The notes beneath the pieces are model-generated. The model had not been told where the DNA came from and made no database searches. It was given only the letters and a program-made list of their open reading frames with translations. Of a DNA stretch of 64,000 nt, positions 49,001 through 62,408 are shown piece after piece. A program made the position numbers and the translations under genes. The stretch's first letter is position 1, and every line of letters begins with the position of its first letter. The DNA is taken from assembly GCA_051362555.1 (NCBI GenBank), contig CM120640.1:32569967-32633966 (forward strand), read 5' to 3'. The stretch comes from Lingula anatina (lineage: Eukaryota > Animalia > Brachiopoda).

Positions 49001-51246
49001 TTAAAAGCATGCCCTTGAAGCGCCCATAAAACAAATCAAACATTTTGGGCACTTGGCGCTAAGAAGTATCGAGCAATTTTAAGACCAATACCGGGGACGT
49101 TTTTGGGCAAATAGTAGGCTACGTCATTTCTCTCACTAACAACAGAGGCATTGTTTTCAATCACGAGGCACTAGGCATCGAACGATTCTTCCGACTGTCC
49201 CAGCAATTCCTCAATCTACTAGCTATCAAGCTCTTACACGTGGTTGTTGGATGTTTATGGAGGAAACCTCCACTTGTCGACACAAGGAAACGTAGGAGGC
49301 CTGGCCGACACAGATAAGACACTACAAACCAAGAGCGTGATGTTTTTAGAAGTGTTGGAAGAAAATAAGCACAATATGTTTAGTGTGTTCCGCTTTATCT
49401 CCCAAACGATTGGCTTGTTTCCCTTTTATTTAAAACAATAAAAAAAATGAGTGGTAACCATAATCTTTGTTCAACTTTCTTTTATCATACGAAGACACAA
49501 GATGCGTGATTGTATCATATATCAGTTTCGGGTTCTGTTTTTATCAAGTAATGAAAATAATTCTCTAAAAGATGGAAAAATAGGGTAATAGACCAAAATG
49601 TTTTGTCCTGTAAAAAAAATAAATATTTGCTTATAGTAGTACGGCTATTTCGGGTAAGTTGAAACTAGTCTTCTTATATAACACAAATTGGCCTATTAAA
49701 TGAAAACTCGAAAAGAATACTTTAATAAAACAATTGTACTTTATTTGATATTTATTGATATATCATTGAAGCTCTTGATGCCAGACATTTTATTCTTTTA
49801 TTACCTGTGCGATATTACTCCAACTTCGGAATTCATGTGATATTTTTGATTTACACGCATACACACTTATTTTTCTTCGATATATTAGAGTATAAATAGT
49901 ACATGTACATATATTATATTTCAATATGTTGACCTGCTTTTAACACATTCATAAATGTTAACAAAAGATTTTTTGCCCCTTGTGTCTAAACTTTAAATAA
50001 GTTAGCTGTTCAAGCAGCAGGGGATTCCAGCCTTTGTACTTAAGCGAACCAGGAAAGAGCAGTATTTGACATATTTGTTGTTTGTCGTGACGGGAAGAAC
50101 TAGAGAAGATAACCCTTAATTTGTAAAAAAAAAGGCTCATATAAAATCAATAATTCTCCTTGTGTCTGTGACCTTTTGAAACAAAGCACTACAGCTGGCT
50201 TATAAACGAGGAAAAGGTCAAACGGAAGACATGTATATTTGGTTCAATATCGGCGTGTGTGCGATAAGTGGCTCAAAACATAGTGTAATCTGGTTTCATA
50301 GGCAAAGCTAAAACTAACCATTATTTTTGAATGGTTTAATTTTGCTTGCTTGCTTGTAAATCATTTTTGATGAATTTAAATTGAAACAAGTTAGTAAACC
50401 GAAAAGTCATACCTGTTAAACAAAACTCTATATGCCACATGCTCGAACACTGAGAAAAGTAAACTGCCTTATTCTGGCTGCAAACAATTTTTTGCAATTA
50501 TGATAAAATCCTACAGCAGCATGTTATAGAAACCCTTCAATTGATCTTATGTGGATGGTAATAACTTCAAAAGAAAAATAAATAAAAAAAAACAATGCAA
50601 GAATACCCCTAACTTCAAGCTAAATTAATCAGGACACAGAACACTAAAATGGATACCTACATTGCAGCCTACCTTTCGCCAGTAGCCCTTGCCTCTCGAA
50701 CAGCGTTTGTGCATAGTCGAGTCGTGGGTAGGTAAGAGAATAGAAAGGGTTCCCTAGCCCGTTAGCAAACCCAGACGGCAGCCCATTAGAATACCCCGCA
50801 GCCGCGTGCGCCGCCAGGTAGGAGCTGGCGATAGGGTTCATTGTCTCATAGAGGGCCGTGGGTTTATATACGCCCCCGCCAAGCCCCGGGGAACTCGGCA
50901 CGTGCACAGTGAGCGGAGATGTTTGCAACGCCGCTGGGTTGACTGGAGTCGGTCTTGCAGGGTTTTGTGGTGTGGCACTGGTGCTGATCCCAGTGTTATT
51001 GTTTATGTTCGCACTGCTTCCACTGCTGGCAGTGGACACCGCAGAGGACGTTTTCGTTCCAAGAATGTCATCTATCATGAACGAAGAGGAGTGTGCTGGG
51101 GTGTGTTCCCTAAAAGCCCCTAGCCCGATGGGTGGGGAGCCGCTGAACGTGTGTAAGTGCAGGCCGGCCGGCAGTGGCTGGGGTGCGTAGAATGCCGTCG
51201 CGTAGCTGCTGGCAGGGTCCCCATGGGGGATAGGGTGCAACATCAT
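46042..51246 (-). CDS. HHEX: Hematopoietically expressed homeobox (Hhex/PRH), 332 aa, 4 exons
   Basis: Exons 51246-50673 (FYAP, eh1 motif SSFMIDDILG, ARPTP), 47808-47618 (PFLWNPFMQRSLHKRKGGQVRFSNDQTVELEKKFESQKYLSPPERKRLAKVLQLTERQ), 46698-46648 (VKTWFQNRRAKWRRLKQ) and 46224-46042 (acidic tail, stop). 999 nt in frame. Confidence 0.97.
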
Positions 51247-54200
51247 CCTGCTGAGATATCCTTAATGATGATGACGACGACCGGTATAAGTAGCTTCTCC
51301 GTCTAAAATGTAATACAGAAATGGAATAAGTGAGTTTATAATTTATAAATCACGTGCGCTCATTCGAAGTGTTTGTCATGGCTCTTTTGGCACTTGACTG
51401 TGAAGCTTGTCATCGGGCGAGTTATCATTTGAACCGGATAGGGAAAGAGTCATTGCATATCAGTTGACATGTGGGTGACTCAAGTCTGCAAAGTTCCCCT
51501 ACCATAGAGGCATGCACAGCGCTTCTTCACTGAACGCCACTGAGTGCAGAGGTTCTTATTTACGAAGTCCGGTTTGGACCGTGTGGCGCTACATGTGCCT
51601 TTTCATGTAACTATTGCGTCCTCTTATCTCGCGAATTCTTAACTTGACGTGGAATATTTTGGGTAGCGTGGTTGCCGGCTTAATTGCCTAGTGTATTATA
51701 CCGGGCTATCTTTAACAACCAGAAACGTGTACCGTTCTCACCACTTCAAGTGGCAATGTGCGATATGAGGATGAATGACACTGCACTTCAGAGGGGTGAC
51801 AGCTTATCAAAACGCTTCACGTCTTCTTAATTACCACAATGAGTGTGCAACCGTAAAACAATACTAACATCTCTCCTGCCATTCATGCTATTTCAGCGCG
51901 CCTATCGGAGCTCATAGTTTGGTGCAGCCCATGAAATGTTCATGTCAAACCGAAGCCACGCCCCTTCTGGGGCTGTCAATCGACCTGTCCACGTCAATCC
52001 TAATATGCTTTCTTTTCTAATCCCTAGGAGGAGCAAATTGCCTTAGTTGTTAGAGACCCAATATACACTAACTTATGTTAATCAGATTGTTTGCTATACT
52101 CCCGCTATGGCTCCGCCTCTAAACAATGATATCCAGTGAGATGATAATTTTGCGTTCAATAACTTGTTGGTTTATTATTGACCATTTATCACGACTCACT
52201 GTCCAGAGGACTTCAGTAAGCAGTGCAGAAACTGTGTGAAAATCAACAATTTTTCATTGAATAGATTTGAAAATTGAAAGAAAATCAAGAGTTTAGACAT
52301 CTGACTTTTTACTCTGGTTTTGACCATAAAATACACTAGTTTACTTATATTATATAAACTTGCATGGACTGCAGAATAATGTTCACGATTCTCTGCAATT
52401 GCTCTTCTCAACGAAAAGAATGATACGTGACTTAATTAAAGAATTAACAAGTGTGAAAGCGACACCCACTCCTGTGCACTCAAATACAAATTACACGATA
52501 TCTCTCCTATCATTGTCTTTAACCAACATGTAAATCATTACCCTTTTTCTATCAACAACACCGCTATTTTTATTCATAAAATACCACACTCATCAGACTT
52601 GGGTCCTGCTAATTTAGGCGCAGTAGCCATAATGTACGATGTGTCTACCGATAGCAAAGTGAAACAATTTATTCTATATTCGAAACAATCAGTTTATCAC
52701 CGATTATCGTTGTGTCAACAATTAAAACAAGCGTGTTTAGGTGTTGTATCACGGGGTGGAAGCTGATTGCGCTCGGTGGCATCAAATTAATTGCATGTGA
52801 ATTCTTACCTCCCCTCGTTAAGATTGGTAATATAAATAGCAAATGATGCTCTGTTTAATTTAATTTTTTTTTTCATGTTCATTGTGCAAAGTGCACCTTT
52901 AGAACAGAAATATCTCTAAAAAAGATCAAATCGACAGCTGTTATTCAGTGATCACTGCAATCACTAAGATATACGAGAATTTGCCATGTGATTACTTAGG
53001 TTGGAAATACTGAGGTCGCTATTACCGCAGCTCGAACGAGGAGCGTAGTTTCTTCACCTTGGAGAAGCGGGTCTTAATCGCACCGTGATGAGAAATTACC
53101 AGTCTGCCTATAGCTCTATCTACCTTGGGTGATTAGCTCTATAGACTTCTCTTGATATACAGGTTTAAGAGCGGTGGCAGACAAACTTATCAAAGCTTAA
53201 TTTATTAGGTTTATGTTTGCCACTGGCGCCAGCGCGGCTTGACCCGACTTCGGATATATGTTTGTACACCTTTTGCAAAGTTGTGTGTTTAGCTCCAATG
53301 GTTAACTCCTATGTGAGTGATAGTGTTTGTTTTCTCATTATGGCCGCGAAACTGTATACTATTACATATGTTCTGTCATTCAGCTGTAAAGGCAATGATT
53401 CTGGCAAAATATTTGATTTTTTTACACGGTATTGATCCTTTCACGTCACGTCAAAATGACACATCCCAAAGATCAATTGACAGGCATTTCGCGGTCAATT
53501 TATTACGCTGTCTTTTAACGTGCCCCTGTCATGCTACGAAAATATTTTGAGCTTCACTTAAACCATCACAGAACAAAACCACAAAGCACGACCTCGTGTT
53601 TTGAAAATTTCTTAACTTTGTGACTTAAGAAGTCGGGTTAAACCTCGACGACGTTTACTAAGCAAATCGCAGACAATTAAGAAGCGTTGCTTAATGACTT
53701 TGAGGAAACAATATTTTCATAAACTATTGTTGACCGTCGGATGAGTGGGTACTTTACAGAACCAACAACTTCTGAGCGTAGGGGCTAAACGTTTGTCACC
53801 CGGCGCCTAACACTTCACGCCTTTGTCCATCTTGAAAGGGCAGAGGAAAAGCACACCTCGTTGACAAGCTTAGAGGATTGGCTTATGGCAGGGTGGGGCA
53901 TATCACAAAATTTTTCTTTAAATTTCGATGCTGAAAAAATATTAGACATTGAAAGTAAAAAAATGTACAAAAATATTCATGCATTAAGACGACAATTTTG
54001 TTCGAATACAGATAGTGGAATATTTCAAACATTTTGCATATACTATTTTTATGCTTTTCCAAAATTTCGACAAGTGCCCCCGTCTAATCCGAGCTCGCGT
54101 CGCGCGGGTCGTTGTGAAAACGTCAGCTTGATTCAAGTGGTCTCGCTAGTTGACGGAAAAGGTTAATCAGATAGAACAACGGGTTAATTAAAGGTAAATT

Positions 54201-57200
54201 TAGCTTTATATAATGCTGAATAATAACGAGTGCTTCCGTGAGTGTTCGCCAATTTGAAGAGAATACTTGACTCGCAATAAAGTGGCTTCCGAGTGGACAG
54301 GCATTCAAAGGAGTGAACTTGGCCATCTTAGATAAATGTCCCTTCTTCCTCACCCGGTAAATTATCAGATTAGAAAAAACAATGACAAAATTTATTAAAC
54401 GGCACTGATAATTTTCGCTTGTCATTTATTAGGAACAAATTAAGTGAAAGATATTGGTTTCCGGATGAGAAAAATCAATCACATCCATTTGCCTTCATCA
54501 AATTAATTAATAATACATGGCCCGTAATCTGAAATTTGAATTTAATGGCATTATAGACATAACGGCGAATGCAATATCCAATCTAATCTGTCAGAACAAT
54601 AACGTTAATAGACAATTACATTTACGCATTATCGGGGTCTAGAGTCCTTAATCCTATTTCTTAATGATGCCTGGTCGATGGAGGTCCTAATCGAAGTGTT
54701 AAAGAGAAACAATGGAATACGATATACGTGTACTCCCACAGTAGTAAAGAAGATAAATTTCACTTAATCTTTTGTGAAAACTTGAAATACCAGCTAGCGT
54801 TTTCAGCCATTGTCTTATGTTCACAAGCATCACATTAAATATGTAGTTGTTGATTAGACGCTGTTTCATTCATATTTAGCTTCATATAAAGATATTGTTA
54901 GATCATAGTCACTGTAAAAGGTGCTCATGCCGTAATAAATAAAAATTAAAAACAAGGCTGTAAAAAAACGTACATTGGATATACAAAAAATAGCGGAAGC
55001 ACATATTACTGACTTAATCGACGTACTCAAGAAATTTCAAGAACTCACAGCCTTTCTATATTTCGAATTCTAAATTCAAATTTGCCCCCCCCCCTCCCCG
55101 CCAAAAAAATGATAACTGTTTTTAGTCGAATCCATTTCTTTGCATGTGAAAATGCCATTGTCGAGCAGCAGAGATTTTATTATTCAAAAGGAATATTTGA
55201 AGCAACTAGAAAGAAAATGGAAAGTTTAGGACAAAAAAAATGTTAAAAAAATATTTACCATCTCTTGTAGTAATAAGTTAGGGCATTTCCCTTATAGGGA
55301 GGACTCTTACTTTTCGTTTTATTCAAAGTAGCAATTCTAGAGAAAAACGGAAGACTTGATGAAGTTTTATCTTTACAGTACAATCGCTTTTTCCAACTGT
55401 CATTTCTATCAAAATAAAAGGATAAATACTTCCTGAACAAAATTGTGACGTCTTACTTTAAATCACAGTCAAGCGGCCTTGTTGGGAGCACTGCTTCTAG
55501 TTCACATACCTGAAGTCAATCAACTGATCAGATCTAAAGGAATGATGTATTTTCCATTTCTTTATAAAAGTCACAATATCTCGGTGTTATATCGTAAAAT
55601 AGCTACCACAAAAGTTTCGTATTCTATTAGTCATAAACGGTAGCAAAGAGGCCCATATCAGCTACTGTGAAAAGGTCAAACTGAAGTTGGTGCTCCTATA
55701 TCTCTTTATTCAATACTTATCCAAAAACTGACAAGCACTTAGATACCTAATTGATACGCGCATGATTCATGATTGCCACTACGATTCTCTCCAATTCAAG
55801 TGTCATTCTGCAATCATTACTCTGCTTGTGAGAAAGGAAGTTAAACAGTTTGTAAAAATGATATTTTAATTAGATATATAGACGCACCATTGTTCCTTGC
55901 GCTGCTCCTGCACTTTACCGACCAATACTCTAAAATCCTGACCGAAGTGAGAGAAGACTCTACCTGACCCACAGGGAAGTCTGGCCCGTGTCATGGCTGT
56001 CCTTTTACAAGACAGACTGGGTTATCAAAGTATATAAACACATTAATTCTACAGCTATTAAATTCATCGGTGGCTTGTCAACAAACTAGACCTACCTGTA
56101 GTTGAAAACCTCGTGTCTGAAAACTCTAGTCCGCTATCAAAATAATGGTCGTCGAACCTGGCAGCAGACATCGACGGGTTATCATTTCAACTTGTTCACG
56201 ATGACATTATCAGGATCATTGCGCTTTAATTACTGGATAGTGCACAATTATAGCCCCTATCGTTAATCAGTCAGAATCAGAGCATACTCATACTAGTGTT
56301 ATCTGCATGGGCGCTGTGTTACACCCTCCCCCGCCGGGTGCAAATATGACGTACGTCCTTGTAATAGTTTATACGTCTGTATTAGGTCTATTTTTGAAAT
56401 TGATACTTGATGCACGTTTTTAAAATTCGTAAAATCAGATTCAGATTTTCATACTGCATGCAATTAACACATAAATACATTTTGTTTTCTATTTCATTTT
56501 CTATCTTTTATCTTCTATTTTCATTTTATTTTTGCCCTTTGGTGAGACGCTGTTATTTACATGTATAGCTGTGGTCTCTGCCTGGCTTGTATTATTCACA
56601 TGCTGTACACCTACATTTCCTGATAAATAATGTATCAATAAAAACGATAATCGATACGAAAATCACTGTGATTATTAGACCTTCCGGTTCTCACACTAAT
56701 CACGACATGGTGGAGAACAAGTGCACACGATAATAATAAATCTTTTTTTGCAAGAACTGAAAGTTTCTCACGCTTAATTATACAACCCCTCTTTCGCCAA
56801 GGACAGAATTTACATGTACAGCGCGACTAAAACGTCTAGGAAGTGGATTAGGGGCCAAACATCACAGATTGCTGTAAGAATTAAATTAATATAATGTATG
56901 TTTGGCATATCATTGAGGAATAATACCCATATCATTTGGACAAACGTTGACCAGTCTGAGTCATCTTGACCACAAAATGTCCAATGGTATTTACAAATTG
57001 TCGAGAGTTTTTAAACTAAAAACTTTTAACTTGGTCTGCGCAACTGACCGAAGTGCCGAGCTAAATCGCACTTGTATTGGAAGACTGCTATGCGGAGCGT
57101 GTGCGTTCGACTCCGCTGTAATACTCAACACGATTCCGGTGTCATTTCGACGATAATTGCCGACATTTACTCCTTTCGCCATTGCCACGAGTAGTGCTTG

Positions 57201-59943
57201 AGATTGCTATTTATCATATGTTTAGGAAAGTATAATTGAATTTGGTTTGAATAAATGCAAACTTTGTGATTAAGATAATCAATCACTGTGACATTTTGCT
57301 GTCAATCGAAAGATATGTGTTTTCCCACGAACCTATTCGAAATCAGTTAGAACGGTTAATGGCAAATTATTTAAATGTTGTTTTTAATTCTGTACAAAAA
57401 ATATTCGCCATGCAACTAATCATTAAAATTTCGGGTTACACATATAACTTAGGAAGCTCAGGTTTGAAATAATGAATTTTTAAAAAAATAATATTGACTT
57501 TTTATTCCATACAGCCCTGTCTACAAACATACAAAAAAGATATATACAAAATAACACAAAGTGTTACAAATTCAAAATTCATTGTGTGCACACATCTGAA
57601 AGTCGATGACCAAGTATATGTGGGAGACATATTTCAACATGATTTTTACACATTAGAGGCTTATGATCTACGTTTTGCACGCTTAGAGTGTTTTTCGCCG
57701 CACTATTTACATAAACAATACAAACTTTGAAAATATTCTATCCCTATACGTCTACATTAATGTCCGACAATGGCGTTTAATTGTTGTATTTAGTTAAATA
57801 TGTCAATCAATTTCACGATGCTGTTTTTTCATTTCTTAATCAACTGTCATATCATTTTGTCATTAATAGTTGCCATGAAATTTTGACATTTTGTTTGACA
57901 TATGTAAAAATATCTAGGATAATATTTACGCTTATATGTCTGTAAATGTTTGAAAAATATAAAGAAAAAATAAATTGCAAAATATAATCGAAATCTTATT
58001 CAAGTACCGCTGGACATAAAGGTGCTTCTTGTTGTGCATGTACATTCCAACTTATGCTAATACAACTTGGAATATTTATCTTTATATTTCGTTCATTTAT
58101 AACCATTTTATAGATATTTTCTTTTACGAATTGCCCTGTAGTCAATGCTATATTATATCTATGTGCTAATTCTATTTAACGACACACTCGACTCTGCTTT
58201 TTAAACAGAACTTGCTTTGAGAAGGATGGTAATCGTTAACACCACCGGCTCAGGTGTTACTAAATACATTTACCTTTTGTCTTCTTCTTGCTTCTAATTT
58301 AACTAGCAACGCTGCCCATAATTAAATAAATGGAGTGAGTAAAATTTGGAAAAGTCTGTCAATATTATGCTTTACGTGTCAAAATTCACAGTTCGACAGT
58401 TTACAGAGAAACTTTATTTTTGGATCTAAAACTCCCACATTTACATCCATTTTTGCTCACAGCTCACTCGATCACACCAAATTTAATAGCATATCTCCAC
58501 TTTGAAAGCCGAAGCACCTTGTTTGCGCCTTGGTCAACTCCAAACAGCCGGAGTCATAGCCAGACTGTGGCGGACTACGGGAGCCACGGGTCAAACAATT
58601 ATGCTTTTTTTGATTAAAATTTCACATTTATCGTAGACTACCTGGGTTGTACAAACAGTATAAAGCTAATATTGGGGTAATTAAACTGATAACCAATCAA
58701 TCTACGAGCAAAGTGATATAGAAAGGGGTGCTGTTTACGACAGTTGCGTCATTGTAGCGCTATACAAGCGTCTGGGCTTTGAGAACCTGATCTACGAATA
58801 TGTGAAATGAAAAATATAACTGCTTTAGATTTTTTAAGTGTTTTTTTTTTTACTTTCTTTAATGTTTTGTCAAGTTTAATTTATCTTTTAGTCGATATAA
58901 TAAAGATTGCCAGAAAAGCATCCATACTTAGCTTAACTGTTGTGAATGGACAAGACTTAATGGCGTGTGATTTAATACATATTCCGATTTCGTGCTTTTT
59001 TAAAAAATACTATTACCGTTATTGTTGTCTAAAAAAATATGGAAAAATACAGGGATAATTTATTCAGCAGACAAATGTAATAGGCATATTACTACAACCT
59101 TTTATGAAGACTCCACCCTTAAATCCCACTGTGATATTTGGGCACTTTGTAAAACGTCATGAAATGTCATTTAAAACGGGGATTACTCTCCACCGCATAA
59201 CTGAAAACAGGTTTTTCACTAAATATTTGAAGCATTTATGCGGTTGTGTTTGCCGAGGGAGATGGCTATAAAACCTCAGTTTTGTTTTGTAGCTTCCCAC
59301 CTGAAGATTTTATGTCAACAACTATTAAATTTTATATCATTGCTCGGCAATTTTTTTTTACACAAAACGTATGTTATATAACACTTTTTTCTGGAACAAA
59401 TCCTAATCCATATCTTAAATTCTATTGCATTCACGCGAGTAATAGTTTATATTTCAGGCATCAGTCTCGCATTTAGAGAACATTATTTTTCTACTTTAAA
59501 TAATATTTTTAGTTAAAGAAACCAATCTATTTGGTTTAAATTCTCAGACATCATTTTTGCAATTCAAATTATTATTCAGAATTTAGATGAGTGTGACTTG
59601 GGGACGGCATTGGTGTAAATTTAAAATCAGGTTTATGTAGTTTTTTTTAAATTAAAAAAAACTGTTTTCTTGATCTTTCCGACCAGTCGCGTTTGTGTGC
59701 AATAGTTAGATTTCACGTTTTCATAATATTTATTGATAGAAGCACAATTGTAGTAAAAGTTATACTTCTACATATAACACAAAAAATATAAAAACGTTTA
59801 CATTGCTATTATTTATGACATGATCATTGTTTTTTACTTGACTCGGGATAAACAGTGGAATGTAAAGAAGACCTGTATTTATTTAGATTTTAGAAGAATT
59901 CTGATGGCACATATACAATGAACATGACTACCCTGCAGGTTCC

Positions 59944-59947
<4 letters not shown>

Positions 59948-59991
<44 letters not shown>
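59948..59991. repeat. (CA)n microsatellite
   Basis: Direct inspection. Confidence 0.9.
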
Positions 59992-59992
<1 letters not shown>

Positions 59993-62369
59993 CAACTGTT
60001 TGTTTATAGATCAGTGAAGACAATACTTTTTAAAAATAGTTAGATGTTTTACAAAAGGATATGTATCATAAACACATCTCGAATAGAGCGCGATCACATA
60101 AACAAATTATGTGTTCCGCCTGCTATATGCATATATTATGTGCAGTGTTTGCTTAATAAGGCTTATCTAATAATCAAATTTGATTGATCACATAACATTA
60201 CTTTGCTGAGATTATAAGTACGCAATATGATATTTAAAATTTCAATAATCAAGAAATACTTAAAAGCGTCCAAAAAGAAACATTACTCTTTTTGTAAAAT
60301 TGAAAACAAATGTTTATAGCTATATTATATTTTACTGTGTAATAACCTCAGTGAAAAGTATCATCCACCTACTTACCTAATTTTGACCACTTGTTTGCCG
60401 TGCGAAACTTCCTTCTTGAGGATTGTGACCTTCTTTACGTTTGAACGTAGGTAATTTTTTTAAACAATTACCCAACCTGAATTTTTCTGTGGTTTAAAAA
60501 GTCTTGCGCAGATGTTAAAAAAAACTGTAAGCGATCAAATAATCAAGCAAAGGGAAAAACGAATTTCCCAAATAACATTCAGCGACTAAACGTCCAATTT
60601 TGACAAATATGTTAAAATTTTCTGCGTTGTTTTAACTTTTTCGACCCTGGCAGCATTGAGTACTCCCAGACGACGACTGTTCTCTTGAAGAATTCCTGGC
60701 CATCTGATTGGCTCTTACGAGTGCTCCATGTATAATTGAATTTCACAGACAGGTGTAAAGGAGGCTTGAATAAGCTGTGAAACACACGGCAGTTGTCTGC
60801 AGGCTGGTAACTATACTGAGGCTTCCCCGGGGAGGACACTTTCCTTGCACTGACCACCATGATCTGTACGTGTACTGTGCTGATTAAAGTATATGGATGT
60901 AAACTGATAATTGGCGCATCCAGTCATTTCGAACAATGTTTACAAAACGTGTGTGTCTTTGTGTGCACATGCAAGGTCTAGTTTTGTGTGTGTATAAGTT
61001 AAAGCAACTAAATAAATATTTTTGTCATCGAAAATACGAAACTTGTGACTATCTTATCATTTTTCCATAACAAGAAAATGACTTTTTGATTACAAAGTAT
61101 GGAAAGAATAATTTTAATTCCCGAATTTTTTATTCCAATATATGGAAAAAAAACCATTTTCAACAGTGCACTTTTTTGATGAATAAATCTTTGTTAACGC
61201 ATTCTTCACTTCAGTTTAATACATGATTATCAATTTATCAGTTTCAATAAGCTAAGGAGTTTTAGAGTAAGACACCACCATAAGATTTCGGTTTGAAAGC
61301 ACCACTTTGAGCCCCGAACACTGATGTGGTAGTGCCCAACCCGGGGCCGTTTAATAAATCTGTCACCACGAGGAAAGATACTTAGTAGTCTCCCACTTTG
61401 TGGCACCAGAGAGATCAACCGATAAGCCCAGCTTGGGGTCCGATTTCACTGGGAGAGGCGGATTTAAAAATGTCAAATCTTCTTGCCCCGATCAAATCGC
61501 GTTCTGATTAGGTGTATTGGTAAGATGCAAGCCGAATAACCCTCATTGTTCCACGTGGAGTGTTGACGTTGGTTACGCGCGCTGATCCACTTGGTCTGGC
61601 GTTACGTAAGCATGAGCGGTCAACGACGGAGTCAGGTGTTCAGAAATAGGTAAAATGAGACCCCATTGTCACTGTTTCTTCTGAAACTGTAACGTTGTGT
61701 ACCCATATCGCGTAGTGTCACCTAGACGTATGCCTTGCCAATAAGCCCTCTCGCTTTCAAGAAGCATTGGAGACGGTGCCATTGCTTGAAATTGAACGTA
61801 ACGGCATGTTGACTTCAAAAAGTCAAGAGTTAGAGGAATTACCAAAGGGGGGCCCTACGTTTAGCCAAATACCTAGTTGTTTGAATTTCGCATTCTACTT
61901 TTGATGGATAATATGTTCAGAATTATATCAAGTTTCAGCAATTGGCGTGCATTTCTAGAGTATAAAAACAGACAACTATTTTGAAAGTACGGAGATGTCT
62001 ATCTAGTTAACCATCTATAAGCGCGATACATATGTTTTCGCATTCATGCCAACTGTTGTAATTGCATCAGGTTTCTGAAAGGAGCATCTTTTCCTTCCAC
62101 ATAAAATTTTATTTTTCTTCCAAAAAGATGTCTTTCCCTCACGAAAGAGGAGCCGCTTTACTGCATCATGCAATACACCATTCCCAGCATTATTACGTCA
62201 AATTAAAGCATCGTTACAAGTGCTTTGAAACATCGTTAAATGATTCCATAAGACAAATCAAAGTTCTAAAATTAGTACTTAAGTAAGCTGTGCGATTCCA
62301 ATGCTAGCTGAAACAAAAGCAAAAACATCCAAAACAAAGAGAATCAGACGTGTTAGACGTTTTCAACAA

Positions 62370-62371
<2 letters not shown>

Positions 62372-62406
<35 letters not shown>
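62372..62406. repeat. (CA)n microsatellite
   Basis: Direct inspection. Confidence 0.9.

Positions 62407-62408
<2 letters not shown>

Noticed and set aside
50806-51190. Plus-strand ORFs of 105 and 110 aa
   Set aside because: Antisense shadows of the GC-rich HHEX exon 1.
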